A stretch of 64,000 nucleotides of DNA from Trichosphaerium sp. ATCC 40318 (Eukaryota > Protista > Tubulinea). The notes beneath the pieces are model-generated. The model was not told where the DNA came from. It saw only the letters and a program-made list of their open reading frames with translations, and made no database searches. Shown in pieces: positions 35,878 through 50,163 of this stretch (position 1 is its first letter; the number at the start of each line of letters is the position of its first letter). The DNA is taken from contig JALMLS010000130.1 of NCBI GenBank assembly GCA_038496445.1, forward strand, positions 62,001 through 126,000, in the 5' to 3' direction. The translations under genes and the position numbers were made by a program.

Positions 35878-36294
35878 ATTACTGCAACTCGATTTTGAAT
35901 TATAGCAAGTTTGTTTGAAAGATAGAGCTCAATGTTGGAGGTTATTTGCAGCTCGCATGGGCTTCACCAGATCAAAGGCGTTATTTAACGTTACCAGTAG
36001 TAACATATATCTAAATAGTGCTAATTGAGGCACGTGAAAAGCGCCTGTAAGAGAATTATTGTACGAATAAATTGCTGAATCTGCTGACGTGTAATTAGTG
36101 AACAAGTACAAAACCCCTTTGAAAATGCTTGCCTGGATTGAACGGCTCACTACCTCCGTATGGTAGCGTTGCAAGTCAGTGTTAAGTTAAGTAAGTCAAT
36201 TGTTTCAGAGATTGAGTCTATTTAAGTTAAGTCAAGTTTTTTGGAGCTCAAAAACCATTACAGGTAACCAAACCGAACAATAAGTGCTCCAACC

Positions 36295-39197
36295 ATGAAC
36301 GACAACATGAAAGTAATGTATAGGACAAACCAATGGCCTTATCTATGTTTAGACGTAGGTAAGGTGAGTGGTCCTACTCTGAAGGTTATAGAAAGCCCTT
36401 GGTGTTTAGATGGTGCTTTAAAAGGCGTTTTATACCAAGAACTAACAGGAAGAGCTGTTAGGTTCATGCAAAGAGTTAATAGACCTTAAAATAGAATCAG
36501 AAGGCTTTACTTTCAATTACACAGCGACTGTCAGGAAAGATGACTACACCGTCACTTTACAAGGACGAGTTTTGCTAAGTTGTGGATTTATTCATGATGG
36601 TACATGGAAAAGTGATAAACCTATACAAGAGCTTGAAGGATTGACTAAAGGTGGATACCGTGCTTCCTATTGAAACAGAAAAAAAAGTGTAAACAAATGT
36701 TTGATTTTCAATTCCTTCTTCTGTTTTTGTCGTTTTCTCTTTTTGCTGGTATTCAGAAAAAAAAGTCTGGCCCAACGACACTGATGTTGTTATGTACAGT
36801 GCTTGAATAAAGTAATACTGGCTATTGGCTATTTAATATTGTTCTCTTGTTCATAACAGACAGACCATTGTTGTGAAAACGCACGTGATATTTGTCAATA
36901 GCAAATGTTTGATGAAGCTAGTGCCTTAATTATTTTCCTATTTTAGTTAGTATGTAACGAGAGCATGTTAATGGCCAACAATGAAGGTCTCTGCCAAATT
37001 GATACAACAACTGTACGCAAACACAAAGAGCGGCTAACTACTTTACTACAAAGCCACTGAGCGCGTTTTTAGAACGATACATGCACAATAATACAAGACA
37101 ACGAAATAGTCTACGATTCGAACGATTTAATAGGTTGTGGAGTGCATGGGAGAGTGTACAAAGGTATATTTTCTATTATTTGGGTTAAAAGAGCGCTATA
37201 GCTTTGTAGGCGTATGTAGAAACGTAGCTGTGGCTATAAAAGAGTACAACGTGAAGTTACCACCCAATAAGATCGAAGAGTTCCACAAGGAAGTGAAAAT
37301 TATTTCGTACGATAACCGTTTTTTTTTGTATTATACTTTCTAAATGAGATTACAGAGAAATTATCCATCCAAAAGTTGTCAAGATAATAGGTGCAAGTAT
37401 CAGCGATGGGATGGTCAAAATCGTTACTGAGCTATGCCACTCTGATATCCAGAAATTTGTGGACAAGGTAAAGTCTGACAACCTTGTTTTTGTATTTCGT
37501 AGTCCAACGTTCTCATCGTCTATGTAGTGTGATACCCTGTCTCTGAAAGTTCGTTTACAAATAGCCAGAGAAATAGCTCTTACTATGAAATGGCTTCATA
37601 AGAAAAATAAGATAGGACATGGGAACCTGACAGCTTCAAAAGTTCTTGTAATCATGTTCAAAGAAAACAGGAATAACTAATGTCTGTTGTCAGGTAGCTT
37701 ACGATGGAAAGATTAAGATAGCAGGATATGGTTTCAATATTGTTGAAGCAATGCTTGAAGAGGACCAAGCTAACAAGAGAGCAATACAAGGTGAAATTGA
37801 ACAGCCTGAACTTTTTTTGTATATTTCTGTTTCTTACTTGTGTTCACCTTGTAAATAGCTCCTGATCGTAGGCCTATCAAAGAGACAGACAAAATGAGAG
37901 ATGTTTATGCTTTTGGTTTTATACTATGGCAATTAGTTAGTGGTGAATCTAATTCTTGTTCTTTGTTGGATAAAGAAAAGTACGTGATAAAGTTTCAATA
38001 ATAGATTGGTGTTGTTTTGAACTCTTGTATCTAGTTCCACAAGTGTGGAGAGACTTATTATACCTGATGACACACCACCGTTACTGAGAGATTTGATTGG
38101 AATGTGTAGACAAAAACAGCATGAGCGTCGTCCATCATTTGCTTGTATAGTAGAACAACTTAAAGATCCAATAGTTGAATCAGTAATTGAAGATGAAGAC
38201 GGCAGAGCATTCTGGCGGAAATATTTTTGCGGTGACAATGAAGTACTTGGATTATTACTACACTTTTGATACAGTCTAACTTCCATTAAGGACTTTCATG
38301 CGCAATGGCAAGCAACAACACATGATGAATGGAATTTTTATGATTTATTGTCACGTGAAGTTGGCCTCACCGACGCAGAAGTCTCATCTGGTTTATCGCC
38401 TGAGTGTCTCAAACATTACTTATGTACTTAACTCCATTAACATTGACTGAATTAACAAGTTTCCACACTAAGCTAACAATAAATAATAGGCGTATCACAT
38501 GTTGCTACACTTGACAGTGTAATTAAGTCACACATAAAGAACCGTAGTTCTGGAACTTTTAGAGAAAGTCAGTTTGTCACAATGAAAAGTCTGAATTTCA
38601 CATTGAATTTCTTTGGTCCTTTTCTTTCAAAGAAATATTGTCGAGATGTACTCACAGCAATTAAGGAGCTAAATGATAAGAAGTATTCTCCTTTGCTCTT
38701 TTTTTTTGTTTGGTTACTGACGTGTAGGTATTTTCATGGAGCTATGGAATCAAGAGATGTAAAGTACCTATTGAGTGTATTAGGTGAAGGAGGCTTTATG
38801 GTTACATTTTTTCTAAAGTGAGTTCAACTTTTTGTCTTACTTGGCAAATCTTCAATCTTTCACTTCATTTACTTCATACAACCTAGCCGCCGTTATCCAT
38901 TTTTGCTGTCAGTAAATGAGGTAAGAGGTAGTTCTATTAGTGTCAAGCATTTTTGGATAAGAGGACAATTTGGCAAAGGATATTACACCAGGTACATCCT
39001 ATTCTTGTTTTAATTTCTTTAATTTCAGGAAACCATTAAGTGCTTGTAGTTCAAGCCAGCAACCTAAAATATTTGCAAGTATTCCAGAATTCATTGAAGG
39101 ATTGAGATCTCAATTTGGTCTTAAAACCACACCATACAAACCAAGTGACAATGTATACATTCCTGTCTGGGAAGAAAAACGTTGGCAAGACGCCTAA
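36295..39197 (+). CDS. SHK-type TKL (pseudo)kinase with C-terminal SH2 domain
   Basis: IGCGVHGRVYKG, VAIK, EVKII, HP, HGNLTASKVL, KIAGYG, DVYAFG.ILWQL, RRPSF, GRAFWRKYF linker, FFGPF, and SH2 YFHG...GGFMVT...PFLLS. Confidence 0.85.
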
Positions 39198-39323
39198 CAA
39201 ACAACATTTGAGATGTCTCAAGTACAAAAGTTCAAAACGTGATTAGTTTATAATGAATAAATTGATGATTAATTGAACGATACTTCATCTTATGATCAAC
39301 TAGTTTGATAAGCTGTTCGTTGT

Positions 39324-40821
39324 TTACTGTGTATCATTTGACTCATCCTTTTTAGAGCCTGAATTTTTTCCTCCTGCTAAGCCACCCATAAGAGTTACAG
39401 CACGTCCAATAACAGAATCTACAGAACCAACATCTTGAGGTAGCACAACTGTGTTTGAGGATTGTACAATCTTTTCAAAGCTCTTAAAGTACTCGGATGA
39501 CAAGTTAGCCTTCAAGGCGTTCTTTCCTTGCTCATTAACAAGAGATTTACCAACAATAGCGAGAGCTTCAGCCTTTTGAGAAACAGTGAGAAAAAATATC
39601 GATTGGTTTTTTTTTGATTTCTTTTTCTAGAACGTACTTGAGCGCTAGCTTCCATTTTTGTTGCATCTGCTTCAGCTTGAGCAAGCTGTCTTATTGTTGT
39701 TGCTTGTGCGGATGTTTCATTTAAGATACGAATCTTCATACCTTCAGATTCGTTGATATCTTTTTGTCTTTGACCTTCAGACACTTCAACCTAACATCTT
39801 TCTTAAAACGTTCATTAATAACCCTACTACAGAAAACATACCATTCCTTGTTTCTCTGCAGTAGCCTCTAGAACTTCTCCCCTTCTGTTACGCTCAGCTG
39901 CAGCTTGTCTGTCCATAGCCTTTGCGATCTACAAATTACAAGTAAGGAAAACAAAACACGTGCACAACTGTGAACTCACCAATGGATCAGGTTTTATGTC
40001 GGTGACTTCATAACGTAATACGTTACACCTCCATTTCGTACAAGCATCTTTCATACCATCCAATAAGTTTGTGTTAAGAGTCTTTCTGTTGTGGAAGAGT
40101 TCATCGAGTTCAAGCTACACGAAAAAGAAAAATGAGTTTAGAAATAAAAAACTTGCAAATCGTTTTTGTGGTCGTACTTTACCGCATTCTGCACGCATAA
40201 GCGCCTGGGCCATCATTGTTATGGAATACAATACACGACGCACTTTGTAGCTAGCGTCATGTGCATCCTCAATCTGCACGTATAGATATCCTGAGAGATA
40301 AACACTAGAATAATAATACTGGTCAGTTTTTGGCTGTTTAATAGTAAACGGTTACTATTTCAAACCTGACGTTATCCCTTGTAACGGCTAGTTGTGGTTC
40401 GATGAACAATGCCTGATGAGTTTAGACACGATTATTGCATAATATTTTATTGTACCATTTCTCTCATATCGTGTACGTATGCAACTTTATCAATAAAAGG
40501 TATCGCTAAGAACCATCCTAACATTGAGTTTAAAACAAATTTTTTTTGTTGTTAAAGGTCTTTGTACCTGACGGTTGAACGGCTAGGAACTTTCCCATGC
40601 GTTCTACTACCATATTATACCCTTGAGGCACAATATTGAGAATGGTGTTGAGTTTCGAAGGAGGATATTCAGAGACATTGATTGAGCGGCTAGTTTTCAA
40701 GGAGTAGCATCGTTTTGTTGTTTTGACGTTTGTTCTGACAGATACAGAGCGTGTTCTAGTGGAGATATTTAAAAAACCCAAGGTCAATATATACGTACGC
40801 TTGTGTGTAGGCACGTAACAT
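39324..40821 (-). CDS. STOML2: Stomatin-like protein 2 (SPFH/band 7), probably mitochondrial
   Basis: Arg/Ser/Thr-rich N-terminus, IVPQGYNMVVERMGKF, AVTRDNV, LDELFHNR, AMDRQAAAER, SEGQRQKDINESEG. Confidence 0.88.
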
Positions 40822-41202
40822 CGCTTTAGTGTTGAATTAAGTTGGATGTTTTGTAAAAAAAACTTAACAGCAAAAAATCAGCTGAACTCACTCTCCCAGT
40901 TTGCCAAAATCCACATGGATCTTGACCAACATTTTTTGTTGGTATCAATAACGTGATTACTGTTTTTATTATTACGTTGTCATACAATAAACAGTTGAGC
41001 TTACCCTAAAACTTTGCTATTGATTTGTGTTAGGCATCGCTGTTAGCTGGATATAATGTATTGGTGTTGAGTTGTTGACATATTTGCTTTCAACAAGCAC
41101 AGAGTAAACATCACACAAACCCTTCATTAAGACAGCTTATTTTTTTACAAAAAATTGAACTTGAGTTATCAAGTGAGAACCTCTGTTATCAAAATGTTAT
41201 TC

Positions 41203-42267
41203 TTATTTATTTGTACAAGGACACCCATCACTTCGCTTAACCAACTCAATTGATTCATTTGGATTTGTCAAATCCCATTCAGGATTCACTTTAACAAAAT
41301 GAGAATAAGTAGCATGAAATGACTTTCTTTCATCATCAGGAAATATAGCTGATCCAAGTTCACATAGGTTACCATCTAAAGTCACAAAGCAAAACCATTT
41401 GCAAGCAATCCTGCCCCTAAACCAAGTGAATATAAACAAGGAAAAACCAAAGTGAACTAACCTATAGTACTTCCAATAAGTATCCTAGTATTACAATTGC
41501 CATACAATAAACTTTGGAGCCATGTAGAAGAACCATGGAACTTTCCTATAACGAGCTTGAATCAAAACAAGTCTAACACACAAAAACAACAAAAGAATAC
41601 AATCGTATTGTTACCTGCATCATCGCCATGAAATCCAATACCTTTTCTCCATCCTACTGCATCTGTTAACACATACCTTTCAGGACCAAATCCTATACAC
41701 CCATGTCTAAGATAGCCTTAACTCAATCATAAAACTGGTCATCACTGTATGTACCCACTAATAATTTCCATTTCGAAATAAGCAACTTTTAAATCAAATA
41801 CGTAAGAATCCCATGGCCATTTCTGATTACAAATACCCGTCTAAAAATAAATCAGATTCTATATTAATAGTTTGGAAGCTATTTTAATTAAAAAAAAGGT
41901 ACACAAGTTGATGTATCACGTGATTAAATTTTGTTTCGTACTATGCAAACTTGTTGGCTTTCTGTTGTTACACATAATCGCCCTTCACTAGTATGTGTAG
42001 CATGTAAGCATTGGGATCTGTCATCTTTTTCGCTTCCAAAGGTAGAAGGAAATTTAAGTGCTGAATGATACTCAAATCCACGTTTTGAAACGAATTCAAA
42101 GAAAAAGAGCGACAATGTTGTTGACTTTTCGCCATGGACTGTTTCGTACTGAGCTCCTTATACACTTCGGTGTTGCTTCCTTTTACATCTATAAGTGGTA
42201 GGATATGTGTAAAATCACGTTTTAAGAGCAAATGCCATAGCCATTCTAACGTGATAATCTGAGACAT
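41203..42267 (-). CDS. SPRY-domain protein (RanBPM/Ssh4-like) with possible degenerate N-terminal F-box
   Basis: AYFEMEI, CIGFG, VGWRKGIGFHGDDAG, STIG, FVTLDG. Confidence 0.75.
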
Positions 42268-42630
42268 TTAAGCAAATAATTGTTGTCAGTGCGACTATGG
42301 GAAGCTACATACCTTCTGTAATTGGGTGTTTGATGCGAAGAGCGATACAGCGTCTTTAACGTCAAGGTGGTGAATTATTAGGCCGTATACGTCCTATTAG
42401 CTGTTTAGCGTTATTATTCTGGCTATTTGAGTGTAACTGCGTATAATGTGTCTAAAGTGAGACTACACTCCTGAGCAAGCTCCACATTATGATGCAGTGT
42501 TTTACAGCGTTTACTCATGACGATCAGAAGTTAAAATGGGGTACGTTAAGCGCCAGTTTTCTTCTGTGAAAAAGAGAGGTCGATTTTCTTTAAATTCAAG
42601 GAAAGTTTTTTTTTTCATTTATTATTCAAA

Positions 42631-45600
42631 TTACAACTCTGTTTTTGCTTCTTCTTTGTTTTCTTGTCCTTCTTCAGAAGTACTTTCTTTAGTTTCTTCA
42701 ACTGGAGGTTCAGTCCTAAACAATCGTTAAAAACGTAAGTCACACAAAACGCTGAAAGCGAACGCAGCAACAGCGGGAAAAAAAAAAGTTAAAAAAGATC
42801 GTACGTTTCTTCTACAGGCTCGGCATCAGTTTTAGGTTCAACAGGTTCAGTATTATCATCTCCAGTTGACTCTTTGGCTTCCTCAGCGCCTTCTGTTTTA
42901 TTCGCAGCCTCATCCTGATAGAATTTAATAAATAACAATAAAAGAAAGCCAGGCGTACTGTTTCCTCTACTTTTGGCTTTGGAGGCTTCTTCTTTCCACG
43001 ACGAAGCAAAGCTTTTGTCCTCCAGTGAATAGGTTGACACTCTGAATTGATAGCATCGCTCATAACAACAGGGTCTTCATGTGGTTGCTTCTCAGCTTGA
43101 GCCTCTTCCTTTTTATTCAACCAAGTCTCTACTTCATCACAAAGCTTCAAAATAGACTCAAGCTCTTCCTCAGAGATGTCCTTTACTAATGTAGCATTTG
43201 GCATAACAGAACGTGTTAGATTGATCAAAGATCTACAAGTAGAGAATGCCTCTGGTCTCTTGGTTGACTATAAAAAAAAAGTAAGAACAAAATCAGAAAA
43301 ATAATCAAGATGTAGCTTACTTCTTCAACTCTCATAAAAATAGAAGCTCCATCCTTGGTCAGGTTTTCAAGTTTTTCTTTGTAAACAACATGTCCCTCAT
43401 TAGCACCATCTAAATACTACTTAGTAAAGGTAATTCTTTTGTAGGTGAATATAGTGGCAAACCACAAGCGAAAACTCACCATTATAAATCCAATCAGCAA
43501 CTTCAGACAAAATGGATGAGAACGCCTCACGTTCTTCTTCTGTAGAGTGAAGAACAATGATATCATCATATAGGCTTTCTTTTGTTTCATAACAAAACGT
43601 TTCAAGCGCATTACGTGATTCTTCAGTCATTTGACGGTCCCTACAATACAATTAGAACAAACACATTTCAATAGAAAATAAGAAAAAAACGAGAAAATAA
43701 AACACGTGATTTGTTCCAAAAAAAAAACTTCTACGCACTTGTCCTTCTTATTGAGTGCACGAAGCTTTTCTTTGCCTTCCTTCATAAGCGTCTCGGTTAA
43801 GCCAAGATATTCATCTTTCTCGATAGTAAGCTTAACACGTCTTGTTCTCTTTACTGATTTCATAGGCACTTCTTCCTCTTTTTCTTCCTCTTTTTCTTCT
43901 TCTTTTTCTTCTTCTTTTTTTTCCTCTTCCTTTGCGTCTTCTGTTTCTTCTCCTTTAGATTCTCCTTCTTCAGTTGATTCTTGTGCATCACTATAAAAAC
44001 CATTAGACAGTACCCAACATGTGTTAAGACCTACGCTTCGTTATCTTTCTCTTCCTTTTTATCCTCTGCAGGTTCTTCGGTAGTTTTAGCATCTTCTTCT
44101 GCTGTTTTAGCGTTTTCGCCATCAGTAGATGCTTCAGTCTCTATAGTAGCGGTAGTGTTTTCTGTGGTCTTATTCACTTCTAAGTAGGACATCAGAATGA
44201 GTCATAAAGTCAATCAAACTGTATGCGAGGTTTTTTTCAAAAAACAAACAACTGTTAACGTACTAGCTTTAACCTGTACAATGACGTTGAATTCTGCTTC
44301 AGCAGAGTCAATGTAAACAATACCAGAAGGATTCAAACGGAATACAACATGGACTTTTGGTGCATCATTAGTAAAGTTATAGTCCTCCTTCTTAGGAATT
44401 CCAGTAACTTCGTATTTACCAATTAGTTTCCTTCATAAACAGTTAGACAAACAGCGTCATAAACGCCATACATTAAACTCTTAAAACGTACTGTGTTGAC
44501 TCAGGTAATACTGAAGAGTCTTCATAGGATAACTCCATAGAGAAAGGATCATTTGTGTAGAAAGAAATAGTCTTCTTTGTTCCAAGACGATTACCTTGTT
44601 TAAACAAAGTAGCAAGCTTATCCAACTTATCTTCACCAACCTAAAAGAAGCTTAGCCTTATTTTTACTAGATTGCTTATAATTATAAGAAAAATATTGTA
44701 CAGTGTTAGAGTTGATCTTTAGTTGTATTGGGTAAGGTGTTGCATCCTTAATTTTAAAAGGTTTGATGATGTGATGGGACGATAAAAACGCGGCAAAATA
44801 AGCTGCACCAAAAACAGCACCTTCAGCTGAATCTATGTGTCTATCTAATGTATCTCTAGGGTAGTAACCAAGTCAGTAAATCCACCATACGTCAAAAATA
44901 ATCAAAAAAAAAACCAACTGAAAGCAAGAAAAGAATGTTACCTGTTGAAATATGTCTTGAGCATTTCTTGTACTTTAGGAATACGGCTTGATCCACCAAA
45001 TAACTCAATATAACGAATATCACTCTTAGCAGCACCTTAATAATATAAGAACGTGTACACTTATATAGTAATACGTACCACTGTTTTGGATGGCTTTCTC
45101 GACTTGAGGCATTACACGTGCGAATAAATCTGCGTTAAGCTCTTCGAATTCTTCTCGGGTGATTTTACCTTGGAAATCATAGTCGCCAGAAAGACTTTCA
45201 AGCTGAGAAAAAAAACAAAAGTTAGAAGAAAGAAAAAAATAATAAGAATAAACTGTATAAGATGTACATTGATGACAGCTTGTTTATTGGCTGAAAGAAC
45301 TTTCTTTGTTTTCATGGCTTTCTTGAATATTTTTCCCTTGACCCTAGGGTAACTGTCAACCTCTTGAAATACATAGACAAAAGAAACAAATAATGAAAAA
45401 AAAAAAAGGTTAAAAATGATGTTAATTTTCCAAAACAAGTACTTTGCTGTCAATTTAATCTCTGGGTTATCCATCAACACACGCTGTTCAATCCAGTCAG
45501 CTAATCTGTATGTGAAGTCTCTTCCACCAATATTAGAGTCCCAGGCAGTAGATAACACCTTCATCTGACCTACAACTCGTTAATTGAATTCTCCTTAAAA

Positions 45601-46742
45601 GAGTAACCATTCGTACTGATAGTTTTATTATATTTATCAACGCTATTAGTAAAGTTGATTAGTGCTACTTCTAGGCCAGAGTGTCCAAAATCAAAAAAGA
45701 ACACTATCTCAGGTTCATCAAAAGTTCTTTCGATACCATACTTTACAGCAACTAACAAAGAAAGCTATTAGAACAGACGAAAGCCAAAAGAAAAAAAAAA
45801 ATAACAAAACAAAAATCATCACAAATGCAGCTATGATATCTAAAGCAGAAGAACGTACGTGCTGTGTGAGTGTTGATAAGAGCTAATGGGTTAAGCCCTG
45901 AAAGGCGAGCAGATTGTAAAAGGGCCTGACGCTCGAAATGCGTGTAATACGCAGGTACCTTTTTAATTTAGTAAAACTGAAGCTTAGCAAGCGTAATAAA
46001 CAATGATTACGCTGTTAAATAACGTACAGTAAGCACAACATCCTTTATGCCAATACCATCATTTGCTTTAACCATTTTGCGAATAGACATGAGTTGCATG
46101 CCTACAAGTTCCTCTGGTTTGTATGTTTCGTTACCTACGCCATAATTAGAGACTTTAGGACAAAGATGATTTAAAACTAAAAGTGACGCGTCACTTTAGA
46201 TCAAAAGTGTTCAAAAGCTGTGCGGAGATCTGTACGTACCATGTTTAATGGCCAGGTACGCATTATCGTTCTCATCTTTTAATTCAACCAAATGCTCATA
46301 ATACGGCAAGTGGTGCTTGATTTTTTGTACATAAGGGTGATCCTTTGTCTTTGCGAACAGTTGGTTGGCGAAAATAAACGTAGATTGCGGGTCCTTGCTA
46401 AGCTACGCATGGTTAGCGTTTTGGTAGTGTTTGAGGTATGTTTTGCACAAAACATGACAGAACGGCATGATTACGTGTTAAAAAATACTAGTAAGTGATA
46501 AATAGCGTCCGTACCAAGTTCCACGCTGTTGAACCAAATACACGCTGATCTCGTTTGAATCCGACAACTGACGGAGTTGCACGACCTGATTGCTCGTTTA
46601 ACACAACGGCCATTGACCCAGGCTTTAAAAGGACGCTTCTAAAGTTGTCGCTGCCATAATCAATACCAACAATAGAAAGACCAGATTGTATGTTAATAAA
46701 TACGCATAGAAGCGCTAGTAATCCAGCGCAGCCCAACGACAT
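42631..46742 (-). CDS. HYOU1: ER Hsp70-family nucleotide exchange factor Grp170/HYOU1/Lhs1
   Basis: Signal peptide, VGIDYGS, LNEQSGRATPS, GGRDF, KKVLSANK, ELFGGSSRIP, acidic insertions, RNALETF, C-terminal KTEL. Confidence 0.93.
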
Positions 46743-46819
46743 GCTGTAGCCTTGTTACAACGATTTATTTCTTAATTTTACACAACGCTTACGTGTCAAC
46801 ATGACTTAATAGACCTTAC

Positions 46820-48388
46820 TTAAACTTTCGCTTTTTGTGACGTTTCGATGACGCGTTCCGCAAGCTTAAGACCAGACATGTATGCACCGCCTACTCTAGG
46901 ACCCCCACACCAATCACCACAAACACCAATATTATCTGAATACAGAAACCTTTCTTCCAACATTTGGGATGGTATTGAGTATCTGAAGGGAAAAAAAAAT
47001 CAATATTGACACATTGTAATATATATACCTCCAGCGGTGTGCCTGTACAAAGCAAGGTTTTGTATTTACGTTAGTTAGCTAGGATAAATTAACCAAACTG
47101 TAATGACACGTGTCAAATTTACAAAATTTAGAATCTTACTTGTTCAAAAGCTTCGCGTATCTTTATTGCAGCTTTATCGAATGTAAGCTCAAGATTTGTA
47201 GTAGACCACTCAGAAGAGGCATGTAAAACCCAACAATCACGAGTATTTGGTCTTCCAGGCTAAAAAATGTGTTAGATTTACCAGTGAAACTTCTTTTTTT
47301 TTGTACCTTTGAGCTAGAGCGACATATCCACGAGAGAACAGGATTCTCATTTATAAAAGCCCCATCGAAATCTAACTTGAGTTTCTCCTCATATGCAACC
47401 ATAACAGCCCAACAAGGTTTTATCTTGACCTTAATACCGTATTAAACGCTATCAACTGTTTAACAGTTTAAACTCACTTGGGACGCTATGATATCCCTCA
47501 TTTTTGGCATTTCATCTAAAAGCAATACAGTTTGCGGAGCTGGCGCAGATACCTTTTGTAGAAAAAAGGGTTAACACTTTTGAAGAAAAGTTTTCGAAAA
47601 AAGTGAAAAACTCGTACAATAACACCATCAAAAGCGCCCAAAAGGGACTTATCCTCTGCAAAAAGTTGCCACTTATTCTCACTCGTAAGCTTTTTTATAT
47701 TTCCGACCCTGTCATCGTAAATTTAATTGATACTAGTATTTGTCCGCTCGCGGGATTTTTGAAATTACCTTTTTGAGAAATGTAGCGAGCCTGGGTTTAA
47801 TTTGCTCTCTAAATATCTACCAATAACGCTATGGTTCTAAATGTTAGCTTGTGATTGTGTGTTGGTATTTACCTGTTTCGTGGCACGCCTACAAAACGCT
47901 CTGTAGTCTGATCTTTAGGACCACTCAGTTTTGCTCCGTCATATACCTACACTTTGTTAAAAAATGGAAGAAACGCGTGTACCGACCTTTATCATTCCTT
48001 TCCAAGGTGCTACCTTGCCAGCTTCTTTCATTTCTTCTACAAACCGTTTAAATTCACCATCCCTTTAAAATTAGTTAGCTTGGGTGCGCTTCAGGTATTT
48101 CTTTGTACCTAGCCGTGAAATATTGAGCTCCATGATCAAAATGCATGTCAACGCCATCTTTATCAGTAACACGCTTAGTAGCAAGCCTGCCGCTCGGTCC
48201 TCGTGACTTTTCGTAAACTGTGACCTAAATACAATTAATAACGCTCAACATCAGATTAAATACTACCACAGGCCAACATTCAGCGCAGGGTTCAAATATT
48301 AACGTACTTTTATACCAGAAGCCTGAAGCCTAGCCGCGCATGTCAATCCGGATACTCCTGCACCAATTACTGCGAATCGAGCGGTCAT
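46820..48388 (-). CDS. Renalase-like FAD/NAD(P)-dependent oxidoreductase
   Basis: AVIGAGVSGL, EKSRGPSGRLATKR, FDHGAQYFT, FVGVP, CGDWCGGPRVGGAYMSG. Confidence 0.9.
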
Positions 48389-48606
48389 TTTGTATAAACG
48401 ATGGTTGGCGTTTACTTCTCTGAAAATAGTTGTGGTCAAACTGTCTTAAGTACACTTTGAAGTACTTCGGCGACTGTGTAAACACAAGCGCTTTACTATT
48501 GCATATCGTAACACCGTAACTTATGGATGTAAATGTCATTTGAGGTAGAAAATTACCATTAATTTACACATATCACATAACAAAGCACTCTTCCCGTATT
48601 CCTACA

Positions 48607-49580
48607 ATGAACAAGTACACAAAAAACCCTGCTGTTAAAATACTAGAAGGCCTTTACCTCGGTAAGTACAAGTTTAGTAAGTTTTTCCGTGCGTTCTAAC
48701 CAAGCTTTAGGCCGTGAATTAAAAGTACGCGAGCAAAACGTTTTGTCGGAGAATAAAATTAAAAGCATCCTACCTGGTACGGAATACAACACAGTACCTC
48801 ATCGTAAGCGTATCTAACATTAAAACCCACAGTTGGCTATGGTCTGCCTCGTAACTTCGAAAAATCTATCGTACGTCCATTTCCGCGCCACTGAGTGCCT
48901 TTTAATGAATTCTATTTTTCGTCTACTCGAAATTGTTGGCTAACACTTACTGTAGCATTACCCAGATTTCACAATACAGATAGTAGATAACGAAGAAGAG
49001 AATATCATACAGTTTTTTGACCAATGTAAGGTTCTTTACCCCAGCGAATTACTGTTTCTTAATTTGGCCTTTAGGTTGCGCCTACATTGACGAGCGATTG
49101 AAACACGGAAATGTTTACGTTCATTGTAAGGCAGGCATTTCACGATCTGCTTCTGTCGTTTTAGCGTACGTCACTTTTTTAGCGCGAAATTAGCTAAAAA
49201 CTACTAAAAAAATAACGCTATTGCGCTACCCGAGTGTATCCGAGAAGTACACAATCGCGCAACAAATTATTTTCGCTTTACTTTTTTTGTATTTTTGTTT
49301 GCTTAAACTTACGCCTTTAACTAGGTACATGATGAAAAAGGATAAAATATGTTTCGAGAGAGCGTATAAGAAACTACAAAGCTTAAAACCAAACGTCTGC
49401 CCAAATCGTGAATTTAAAGATCAGCTACGCCTTTGGGAAGACCTAGGATATACAGTTAACACTAAAGACGAACGATACATATCCTTTAGCTCAAAGATGA
49501 AGGAGCAACGGCTAAAAAAATATGAAATGATGCAAGATCTATTCGATCTTTGCCCACGCGAAGCTGTTCGCGTGCAATAG
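48607..49580 (+). CDS. Dual-specificity protein phosphatase (DUSP12/YVH1-like catalytic domain)
   Basis: ILEGLYLG, VYVHCKAGISRSASVVLAYMM, CPNREFKDQL. Confidence 0.92.
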
Positions 49581-50163
49581 CAAACCTTGTAAATCATACT
49601 AAAGAAAATTGTACATAACACTCATTAACGTTGTTTGTTTGTTTTGGTGTTGTTGGGTGTACTACCCATCTCGTAGCGACTTGCAAAATGCGAATGATGG
49701 CCAAACAGTCAGTGAAAAAAAAATTGTAGAGAAATCAAATGTTCGGGTTTAGACTGTGCACGCTCTGCTGTAAGCATTCGTGATATTACGTCGACAGTTG
49801 ACGCTAATAAACGTTTTTGTAGTTAGTGTATCAGTGTTGTACATAGCATTGCGTTAGGGCTTACGCGTTGCGTACGAGATGTAGTAAACATTACAAACAA
49901 TTCTTTCGTTGTATTTGACTTTGTCTTACTTGAATTCGCACCATTGGTAATAAAACGATTGGTGTGGAGAAACGTATGGTACGACAAAGCCTAAGGCTAC
50001 CATTAAAGGAGATAATATTATGCTGTTGCGAATTTGTTGGCTTATTTTTTTCCATTCTTTAACCCCTTCAAGAGATAGCTTTATTGGAGGGTTTTAATAT
50101 TGCTCAATTTATACGCGTCACGAATTAACTCATGCGCAGATGCTCCGCTCCAATAACGCACGA

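Noticed and set aside
43865-43935. TTCTTC/TTTTTC repeats as a satellite or array
   Set aside because: They are Glu/Lys codons of the acidic insertion of Grp170.
47700-47770. Apparent frameshift in the renalase-like gene
   Set aside because: Resolved by using the downstream gacag acceptor (FSKR|VGNIKK).
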